From: Paramecium tetraurelia
Taxonomy: Eukaryota
Assembly (NCBI GenBank): GCA_000165425.1
Contig: CT868541.1
Span: 102,096 to 166,095, forward strand
Length of the DNA stretch: 64,000 bases
Reading direction: 5' to 3'
The notes beneath the pieces were generated by a model. The model worked only from the letters and a program-made list of their open reading frames with translations. It was not told the origin of the DNA and did no database searches. Below, piece by piece: positions 53,733-64,000 of the stretch. The translations under genes were made by a program, and so were the position numbers. Position 1 is the first letter of the stretch. Every line of letters begins with the position of its first letter.

Positions 53733-54859
53733 TCAAACTTAGATGTTTGAGAAATCAGCACTTTGGACAACAGATAAAGCTTATTCACTGATTCCAAGTT
53801 CTCTTGTGAATTCATTCTTTAAGTTGGTGTAGGTATCGGTTTCTTCAGCATAGGTGTTATTTTCTAATTCAAGTTCAGCAGTGTATTATTTTCTGTCGGC
53901 CTCTCTTTAATCTCTGAATTCAGTCAATTAGTCGATCTTTTCTATAAATTATCAAAATTGACTCATACCATTGGTGGCTGTCAAATCAACATTGACTCTA
54001 TTGATTTATCTTTAGAATTCAGCATATTCCTCATCCAATTATTCAAGGTATTCCTCGTGATCAGCTTAAGCTTAAGCTTCAGCAGCTGTTTAAGCATTAA
54101 TTGAATCAACAACAGCATTTCTGAATTCGTTAAGAGCATCAACGATTTTACCAATAATTCCTTGATCAGAGAAGTTTTAGTTTGAAGCTAATGAAATAAG
54201 GGCCTTAATCATAGGAGCCATCTTGGATCTTGACTTGATCTTTTATTCGATGTTCTTCAAGGAATTTTAGAATCTCTTGACTTACAACAATGATGGGTTG
54301 GTGAGTGTCTAAAGAAGAGCAAGAGCATCATCGACTGCAGCAGTTGCATCATTTAATTCAGCAATTTAGAGTTCGAAATCATCATGTTCTTATTCTCTTA
54401 CAAGAATTGCTTCATCATAATTCTTTCTGTTGCCCTCTTAGTTTTCTTAGATTTATTCAATTCTAACTTAGAGTTACTCTCTTCTTGGGAATAGTAAATT
54501 ATCTAATGTGTCTTGTGTGTTATTGACATCTAGTTTAATAAATGGATATTATTACCAATGACAGCGTCTTAGATGTCTTATTCAAGACTAACCACTAATG
54601 CATTGTGTTCGTTGGTTCTGACTTAGAAATTGAATTCTAATTCTTCCAATTCTTCTTCAAGATCGTTGATAAGCTCTTCAATAGCATCAATCAACTCTTA
54701 GACTGGTCCTCCGGCCATAGAGTGGAGTTCTACTAAGTGGAGTAATGCACTTCCGTATGTGCTCTTCTTAAGGTCTGTTGTGACTTTTGCAAGATTTCTT
54801 TCTTGCACTCTAGCTGTGAAAGCTACTGCAATCAAGGCTATCAGCAATATTGATTTCAT
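53733..54859 (-). CDS. Trichocyst matrix protein precursor, T1-like
   Basis: Signal peptide, YGSALLHLVELHSMAGGPVQEL, RTNEHN..LEQDIQD, PSLLQ, NFSDQG and acidic coiled coils. Confidence 0.9.
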
Positions 54860-55508
54860 AAGAAAATTATTGCAAATAATCAATACAAAAAACACATAGT
54901 TAAACAACAAAAACGACTAGTCTTCATTAATTTAATAAACAAATTAAAAACGCTATTCATTTCTTGATAATAATATAAAATTATAGTTTTTCATTTTATT
55001 CTCTCATTGATTACTATAGTAAAATATTAGAATAATTAAATCTCTATATGTTAATTTATACCAAATATTCAACCAGACAATCTTCATAGAAATATCTTTA
55101 TCTATTGATTTCTATTTTTAAATTAATTCTAAATCTAAAATTAGTATAAAATTAATATTATGACTTTATTATTCTTACATTTATCTTCATACTTATTTTT
55201 TACATTCACTCTGATGTACTTAGTTGAATTATCAAAGATTCTAGACTTTCAGTAATATGGAACATGAATTTTGATTGCACTTTGAGAATGCCATGTAGCA
55301 TTAATAACATATCAAATTTATTTATATAAAATTAATACCAATAAGCTATTTAATTTTAAATAAGATTATGTAATGTATAAAACACAAAATTGAAATATAA
55401 TACTGATTTCATAATTATTGATGTTGCAAAATAAAATAATTCGATTATATAACATAAGCAAGAAAAATACAATTGATTTATTAGTATAATAAAGTTCTTT
55501 AATGTAAT

Positions 55509-56584
55509 TCAATCTGTTTTTTGCATAACTGACTTTTTAGGGATTATGCTCTATTTGATTTCCCTCAACTTCTTAATTTCTTAATATTATTGTTTAATTT
55601 TATTTTATCCATATGGATCAAAGAATACAAAACTTATAGTTACAAAAGATACAGTCAAAAATCCAACCAAGAGAACTGCACCTAATGGTGTTTTAATCAA
55701 AATAAACAACAATTGAAATGAGAATTAAGGCCATTCCATCTATTTTTTCGGTTATTTAACTTCTTCTATTTCGATTTCATGTCCAAATCCATCTCTTATT
55801 TTGAGAATACTTTATTTCTCTTCTATTTCTTTTTCAATATTTTTTACCCTTTCTTAATTTTACTTTTTCATCTCCTCATTAGTCCTAGGAGTATTTCTCT
55901 AAATCCATCTTTCTTAAAACCTTTCCTTGTCTTCAAAATCTGTATCTTTCAAAGGACCTTTGAATAAAAACAGAGCTGCAATCGTTGCTTAATCTTGACT
56001 TGCACTAAATCCAACAATTAATTCATTTCTGCTATTTAAAGCTCCAATACAGATTTCTCCCTAATAATAGACTGTTCCCTCATCAATAATAAATTCTATA
56101 TACTCTGTATGAGCAGTAAATGTTCCTACTAATTGAAAGATGTCTATATTTTATAGAATCATCATCTTCCCCAACATTACATTAAAGATTCTGGAATTGC
56201 TTTCTTCATAAAATAACTAGATATTCAGAGCCTAATACCTCTGCAAATTTCAAAACTAAAACATAGGTTTGGTTCTCGGGAATATCATTCCCTATAGGAA
56301 TGGTATAGGCAAAACTTTACCCTTACCTCTAGGTAAGATAAAGGGATTGATCGTCTGTAAATTTTATTTTTCTTCTCTAAGCTCTTTCATAGTAATCTAC
56401 TATTTCTGACTATCCTATATAATGATGATCCTTAAGGTGTTAAGTGTTAAATTACCCTCTTATACTTAATGCCAGCAGATGATCTCGTATCTAAGAAATT
56501 TCCACAATCAATAGCATAAGTGACTCTTCTTGGCGCGATTAACTTACTTAAAGATATCTGAAATAGAAACAAGAAAATAATCAT
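55509..56584 (-). CDS. Malectin-like ER lectin
   Basis: Signal peptide, VTYAIDCG..GIKYKRD, LYLTQR, YVLVLKFAE, RIFNV..NIDIFQLVG.FTAHTEYIEF, and a C-terminal TM helix. Confidence 0.88.
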
Positions 56585-57055
56585 ATAAACTTTTGCGTTA
56601 TTTATTATTAAATATTTTTCCAATTTTTTCTATTTCTTTATAAGAATTATCAAAGTCTCTTTTGTATAATATTGATAATGAACTCTAAAATTTAGAACCA
56701 TATAATTTGATTTTAAATATACAAATATATTAAAAGCTATATATCCTGATTGGCCTATAAAAAATCAATTATAGAATAACCTTCCAATGTTATAAAAATC
56801 TTTGAGTACATATTATTATATTAAATCGATACAAGAAAGCTAGATCTTACTTTAATTTCATCAATATCATTTATTCAAACTAAAGCCATACAATTAAACC
56901 AATCAATGTTGATAAAACTATACAATAACAATAATTATCACAATAAGATCCTTCTGAACTGAAGAGTTTAATGGATTAATTACTCGAATTTAAATTATAT
57001 ATATAAAAACCAATTGAAAATTTGATTAAATATTTTTTTAAGTATTTAATTGGAT

Positions 57056-57550
57056 ATGTCAACACCAAGTGTGAAATCAAAACTTGTTTAAACTTTTGGA
57101 AGAAAGAAGAATGCAGTTGCCAGTGCTAGCGTTAGAGAAGGAAAAGGTATAATTAAACAATAAATGACAAGGCATTGTCAAAGTTAATGGTGCTCCTATT
57201 GAATTAGTCAACCCTGCCCCATTGAGATAAAAAGCTCTTGAGCCACTCTTGTTGTTAGGCTAAGTCAGAACAGGCAGAATCGATATCAGAGTCACTGTTA
57301 GAGGTGGTGGTACAACTGCTTAGATCTATGCCATTAGATAGGTAGCACTTTATAATTAATGACAAAGGCAATCAGCAAGGGTATTGTAGCATACTATCAA
57401 AAATACATTGATGAAACATAAAAGAGAGAAATCAAGGATCTTCTTTTACAATATGACAGAACTCTTTTGGTTGCTGATCCAAGAAGATGTGAACCACGTA
57501 AATATGGTGGTAAGGGTGCTCGTGCCAGAAGATAAAAGAGTTATAGATGA
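57056..57550 (+). CDS. RPS16: 40S ribosomal protein S16 (uS9)
   Basis: [54 protein letters not shown]. Introns 57147-57171 and 57342-57367. Confidence 0.97.
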
Positions 57551-58111
57551 CTTAAAATAAAATCAATTTATATAAATGTACATTAAGCAAACAATTCTAA
57601 TTAAATGAGCTAACCCACTCACTTCAATCTAGAGAACATTCAAATTTCACAAATTTTAAATCAAATTTCTTTAAATTTTTTTAATTTCAAATTACTAAAT
57701 AAGGTAACATCCAAGATAATCAGAGCCTCTTTAAAATTAGAGTTAATCCAAATAGCAAGTTGATAAATTCAATTTTTTAAGGGTTATTTTGGGAAATATA
57801 ATTTATTCATCTACGTCTAAAGTTGTTTATTATGATTATAATACTGCTGACGAAATAATACTCAATTAATTAATCAGCAATTGTTATTGGTATAATTACA
57901 CCACTATAATGCTTTATATTTAAGTAATTTAAAGAAATATTTAAGTCCAAATTATGCTTTGATTTAATTATAAAATTGTAATACCAAACTTTTCTACATT
58001 CAATAAATATTTTGAATAAGTAATGAAGAAATACTATGGTTGATTTTTAGATTAAAGATCAATTAGAGAATATATTTAAATATTTTTAGAATATCATTTC
58101 TTAATAATTCA

Positions 58112-59317
58112 TCACAAAGTTACTTCTGGGATTTCTCCAATAATTACTGTTTTATCATTACTAGCTGAGGCTATCAATTTATCTTTTGGACTAAAGGCTG
58201 TTTCATTAACCTAATGTAAATTTAATTAGTAATTACAGTTCCTTAATGGCCTCCTAATTTATGGATTACTTTCTTTGAATTAAAATCCCAAATATACACA
58301 CTCTTATCAGCAGATCCTGCAGATACATATGAATCATCGTGACTCCATGCACATCTTAATAGATTCTTTTCTGCTGTATTTGCCGTCGCTCCTGTAAATA
58401 CCCTTACTTATCTATTTTTTCCTTAGACATAAGGTCTTTACATAATATTAACATTATACCTGATATCAAAAGTTCTAACTGTCATATCCATTGAATTACT
58501 CAATAAATAGGAACCGTCATTACTAATAGCTAAACCTGTAACAGTATCCGTATGGTTATCTAAGGTGTATTCAATCTCCTATTTTCTGACATCATAACAT
58601 CTAATGACATTGTCTAAACAACCTGTGTATAGTCTCTCTCCATTTTCAGTGAAACAAACACTAGTAATAGGATACTGTGGTTTATTAATAATAATATTTA
58701 CCTTGCCTTGAATTTCAAATGCTAACTTTCTTGTTCTTAAATCCCACACTTTAGTATAGCCTTCGTCACCTCCAGTTGCTAATAGATCTTATCCTCTTTT
58801 TGAGGGAAAACAACAATTAACATAACTTTAATGTCCTTTTAACTTTTTTAAGGGTAAATATGTTTCCATATCCCATATTTAAACAGTCTTGTCAGCTGAT
58901 GCTGTGAATAATCTCACCCCATCATATTACCAAGCAATATCAAGAATTGCATTTTTATGACTACCCAAAATCCCTATATTAGTGCAATTATTATAAATAT
59001 CCCAAATTAAAATTTTCTTATCAAATCCAGCTGTTATCAGATATTCACCATTCGGAGAGTATTTCACACAATACACCTCACTCTGATGTCCTATAATATA
59101 CATCCAATTTACCTGTTAATTGCAAATGAGCAGATTATAATGTATACTTTTTGGAGGGTTCTACTTCCATTGAATAATCAGATGATAAGACTAGATCTTA
59201 TTTATGCGATTTCTATAATAAATGGGGAGTATGCATTTGCAAAACTTGACTAGAAGTGTAATCTTTGAACTCTGTAAATTTCGGAACACTTGGTATTATT
59301 TTATTTCCGTAAGACAT
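58112..59317 (-). CDS. SNRNP40: WD40 protein, U5 snRNP 40 kDa-like
   Basis: GHQSEVYCVKYSPNG, HKNAILD, TASADKTVQIWD, EKNLLRCAWS, AGSADKSVYIWD, LGGHQGTVNE, ASASSDKTVIIGEI. Confidence 0.88.
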
Positions 59318-60695
59318 AATTTAATTATTCTATTTTTTATAAATATTATTGTTTATGCAACATATTCACATCAATTGCCTTATCATTCAACACTCATTTT
59401 ACAATAATACGGATTTAGAATGCATTAGATTACTAAGTAGCTAAGTTGGCGTTGTTTAATTATTTCTTTTACATTAAACTTAGAGCATCTTTTATTATCA
59501 CGCTTCTAATTTATCAAGATGAATAATTTGAAATTAAGTTTCATAGCAAATAATTGTTTCTCATTGTATCAATTATATAAAATTTCTGTTTGGACAACTT
59601 TTTTTCGAATTATTCTGAAATTATATTATAAGCCTTATCATTATTGTTCTTCTAATTCAATTCAATATTATTGTAGGCAACATAGAGATTAGTGATTTGA
59701 ATTAACTATATACTAAAGTATTAGAGGATTAAATATTTGTGGATTAGCATTTAAATTGATTGCTTTCAGAAAAAATATGTCTAATTTTAATCTGAATGAA
59801 CATATGCATGGATTAGTATGATAAAATTGAGATTATCTCATCAGAAATATTAATATTAGAATTTTGTAATAGAAATAGAATTAAAATAAATTCCCTTTGT
59901 TTACAAAGAATAAATTTTCTGATTTCAATATTATTTATATAAAATATATTAATTTCTTTTATAAAATTAAAATCTTAATTAGCTTATTATTAGTAATGAA
60001 TTTTAAGACTAAATCTGGAGACAAATTCTCACATCACCCTTTTCAGATCCAAAAAAGTAATTATTTGTAAAATATTAATGTTTATAATTTAATTGATTTT
60101 TTGTTTTAATTATTTAATATCTATGGTGATAGCATTTATGATTTTGTCAAATTAAAGTGAATAAATTGATCAGAATTAGCATTTAATAGGTTCATTAATA
60201 ATTGTAATCAATTCAATTAAAAATCTATCAAAAAAACATAAAGCGCGATGTATTTGCCTGTTCAATTATATAAATTTTCTATCCCAATAATATATAAAAT
60301 GTAGAATACCTTTTATTAGAATTCATACTTGATTTAGCATTAATACATTAATATTCTATTGCAATTTTTATACTTATTATCTAAATTATTCAGATCATAA
60401 GTAATTTAAGGAGAAGCATATCCATCTTTAAGACCTTGTGTATTTGTAAAAATTATTTCATATTTTTCTTAATCTCTAATTACTTCTTCTGAAATTGACC
60501 TTTATTCCAAGTAATAGAGTCTAATACTAAGTGAATTTTTAATTACAACGATCGCTTGCATAATCTAGTAAATTGAAATTAGATTATCTTCAAAGGTCGA
60601 TATTTTATTGAAGATATTAATTTACATTAAATATTAGATTAGGTTTTCGCTCAATATAATAAAATTATTGCAAAGTATTAATTTATTAATAATAA

Positions 60696-61859
60696 ATGTC
60701 GTTACTCTAAAAATTTACAAGTCTGTTTAAATCAAAAGATGATGTTTAATCCACTCTTTAAAAGCTCTTGAAACCTACAACAACGAATGAGCTCCAGGTG
60801 GCTATCAAAGGTTTCAATTAACTACTGTGTAATCAACCAGTGGCAATTTTTACAATGTTAAGATAGCGGGAAGCACTTGTGACTATGGATCCAAAACCAG
60901 AACACTTATTAAATTTATTGTTAGTAATTCATTCAAACATTTCAAATGATGACATTTGTGACTAGTTAAGATAAGTTCCAATTTATTGGTTAGATAGGTT
61001 GATGACCGAAAATAGAGAAAGTTTCATTTAAATTGAGAGGATGATTACTGAACAATCCACAAATAGTTATATCCCTTAATAATAATAATCATAGTATATT
61101 TAATAACAATAAAATTAAACTAAAGGAGAAAAAATAGAAGATAAAAGAAAAGCAAGAATAGAAATGAATCAAAAATTGTAAAATCCAATTATAAATACTG
61201 AGGCTGCAAATAATGCAGATTCTCATAATTTAAAACCAAAAATGTTTTGTATTATTTATTATTCATTCCTCTAAAAGTTATCAATCAATTAATAGATTTA
61301 TTAAAGCAGTAGAAAATTACAATATCCAGAAGATGAATAGGATTTCATTTGGATATATAAGATATAGAATGTAATGTAAATGGGATTAAAATTATTATAA
61401 TGCCCATAAAAATTATATAGACCTTATTAATTATTGATTTATTAGGATCTCTTTTATTTCTAATCATTTTTAAAATAAGAATTAGAGGCCCTTATATTAA
61501 AAGAGAATAACTTACATATCTACGAAGCCTTTTGTGAGTATTAGAGAGCAAAATCAATTATGGAGACCTTTGAACCTAGATATGAATTTAAATTGAAAAT
61601 CAATAGTTCAGTTATAGATGAATATCAAAGAAATGCAATAAAACAGAAAGTGAAATCTCAATTTGAAGAAGATTAAAAAAGAAAGAAATAGTTAATAAAG
61701 GAGAATTAAGAGAATATTGATTAATTAAATTTCTAAGATTTTGATTGTAATCACGATTTCGAAAGAGAAATAATAATGAGAAAATTCTTCGATAAAGGAT
61801 AATCAAATCAGATGAGTTTGGATGAAATCTCATTATAGCTAAAAATCATAAACTTATGA
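60696..61859 (+). CDS. Hypothetical helical protein, weakly ANTH-like
   Basis: Long ORF with one tiny intron. LLNLLLVIHSNI and LIYQDLFYF loosely resemble ANTH helices. Confidence 0.6.
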
Positions 61860-61884
61860 AAATATAATAAATAATATTTATATA

Positions 61885-63285
61885 ATGATATTTGAGATAG
61901 GTGAAATATTTACAGTCTAAGAATCATTGAAAGACGAGAAAATAGCAAAAAATTTAGATTTAGATGTTGGTTCTTTGAATGATTTTCTTGATTTGAGATC
62001 CACTGATCCAAATCCTCGTTTACCTAATAGGAGATTGGATCGTAAAGCATAAAAGAGATAAGATCAAATTCCTAAGAAATTTGAATAAGCAAAGGAGGAG
62101 AAGGAAACAGTCAAAGCCTCAGAAATAATCTCCAACATTATTAAAGATGTATTTAAGATGGACATAAATGAATTTGAGCAAATGAATTCACCTGAAAAAC
62201 TGAATAAAGAATATAAATTTTAAGAAATTGATCCAGAAAAAAGGAAATATTTAAGAATGAAAATACCTCTCAATAAAAGGTAGGAATAATTCGAGTAGGA
62301 GTTATTAAATGTGAAATCTGACTTAAAATTAAAAATATAAGAGATTCGTATGCCTTAATTAAAAAATGCTGGTAATAATTCTTAAAAGGATGACAATACC
62401 TTCAGTAGACCTAATTCTTAGAAGATTAAATAGAATTCAAGTTCAAATAAATTGTTTTTTAATTCAAGTAATGAAGTAGATGCAATTGATTCTCACATTT
62501 GGTTATAAAGTAGATTGGAAAGAATATTAAAATTGAATTCACACAATCTAGACACATAGAAGGCATGGAAAGAATATTGGAGCAACGTAAATTGTACTGA
62601 TTTTAAAACATTCTAAGAATATCAACAATAACATAAGAAACCACATCTTGCATCAGACTTAGTCACTATCAATTATGGTGGAGAGAAATCTGCTAAATAT
62701 TAAAAGAATGATAATGAGATTTCTGTAAATATCAAGAATTCATCATCACTCACAATAAAGAATAAGTAGATTACTAGTGAACATATTATTTATTTATCAA
62801 TGATTTAACCTCCTTTGATAAGTCTATTAAGAGTAGAATTGATAAAAACTTAATTAAATGAAACTGCATTCAAATTATTAACTACTTTATTGAGTGAATG
62901 TAAAAGATTAGAATATATAAATATATCCAGTAATACATATCCTAGAAATCAATCGATTAAAATATTATTACTAGATTTGTAGAATCTCAAAATCTTGAAA
63001 ATGTCAGACATGATGATATCAACCAAGTATTTCTTAGATCTCTGTGAAGTTTTGGTCTAAACTAATATTTAAGAGATCGATCTGAGTAACAATCTATTAG
63101 ATCATCACGCTTATGATGCATTAATTACTTTAATTAAATATTTACCATCATTAACATAAATGGATTTCCAATACAATGATATTTTATAGAGTGCAAATTT
63201 GCCACTTTAGAAGAAATAATAATCATGGGAGTACTTAGAAAAAGTGAAATTGAGTTATTAAAGGAGAGTCAATATTGTATTATGA
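61885..63285 (+). CDS. Protein with C-terminal leucine-rich repeats (466 aa, intronless)
   Basis: 467-codon ORF containing LEYINISSN, LKILKMSD, IQEIDLSNNLL and LTQMDFQYN. Confidence 0.8.
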
Positions 63286-63303
63286 TAATTAATATTAAAT
63301 TTT

Positions 63304-64000
63304 ATGTTCTTCACATAAACTAAATTTCATAAACTGAGTTCTTAGAAAGAATTATTGGCTAAGATTTAAGAATTTGAAATCCACACCAATTTTGATTCTC
63401 CGAGAACCTAAAAGGCTTTGCTAAAAATGAATAAGACTAAATATGACTTTAGAAGGAAGTATAATATATTATTGATATTTAAGAAATAAGTTTGAAAAGC
63501 ATAATGAGTTAGAATATAGAAATAAAAGGAATAATAAATCTTTGGATTAATAATCAATTGATTTTGAATATGAGACTTATTTAGAGCAATTATTAAGTAT
63601 TCTCATAAATGACAATTAGATGATTACATGGAACTGAAAGAACAAAGAAAACAAATAAAAGAATGGTTTTAAAAAAAATAGTAAGAAGAAGATGAATTAC
63701 GGGGTTATGAATACATACCATTTAATAGTATAAATTCAGCAACTCCATTTCAATGTCAAACTATAACCATAGATGATAAAATTGGCAAAATCAATTAAGA
63801 AAGATAGAGACAATTAAGTTTGAATAATGCTGAAGTGAAAGATGCATTGCTGCTTGAATTAGATAGAAGATAGTGGGAATAAGCAACCTTGGAAAGAAGA
63901 CAAAAAAATGTGTAAATAAGATCGGCCAAAATTATGGAGATTAAAATGAAAGCTTAGGAATAAAATAAGAGAGCTAAAAAGAAATGTGAAACCTAGAAAA
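63304..64000 (+). CDS. Hypothetical coiled-coil protein (runs off the window end)
   Basis: ATG 63304, one tiny intron, K/E/Q-rich frame to the window edge. Confidence 0.6.

Noticed and set aside
56600..58080. Small genes in the spacers flanking RPS16 (e.g. ATG 57605)
   Set aside because: No recognisable motifs, and ORFs of this length arise by chance when TGA is the only stop.
1072..61833. Many ORF-track entries (e.g. 1072-1416, 9644-9958, 51409-51726, 51572-51808)
   Set aside because: They are antisense or off-frame shadows of real genes, produced by using the standard code.
1..64000. CRISPR arrays, transposons, telomeric repeats, rRNA, operon-like systems
   Set aside because: No spaced direct repeats, transposase or RT motifs, G3-4T2-3 arrays or rRNA-like sequence were seen. 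The DNA is eukaryotic macronuclear-type.

Overview
Eukaryotic, very AT-rich, gene-dense DNA from a ciliate macronuclear chromosome, most likely Paramecium (aurelia group). TAA/TAG read as Gln and TGA is the only stop, most introns are 20-33 nt GT..AG, and many intergenic spacers are under 50 bp. The supplied standard-code ORF track is therefore fragmented, so genes were re-read by hand with the ciliate code; exon boundaries are manual and some are approximate. About 38 genes: ThrRS, ATG7, a PHD-finger protein, Rab6, an MFS transporter, a PMCA Ca2+-ATPase with two frameshifts, an actin-like protein, LRR proteins, a C2H2 protein, a retinoblastoma-like protein, a FYVE-TBC-EF-hand protein, a RING protein, a septin pseudogene, RPS5, a sorting nexin, an ankyrin protein, a Cache-domain membrane protein, two trichocyst matrix proteins, malectin, RPS16, SNRNP40 and several hypotheticals. 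Top finding: an iodothyronine-deiodinase-like selenoprotein gene (50869-51897) with an in-frame TGA at the catalytic position (FAGSYT-U-PPY) and a canonical SECIS hairpin starting 14 nt after the true stop. No tRNA, rRNA, CRISPR, telomere or transposon was recognised.
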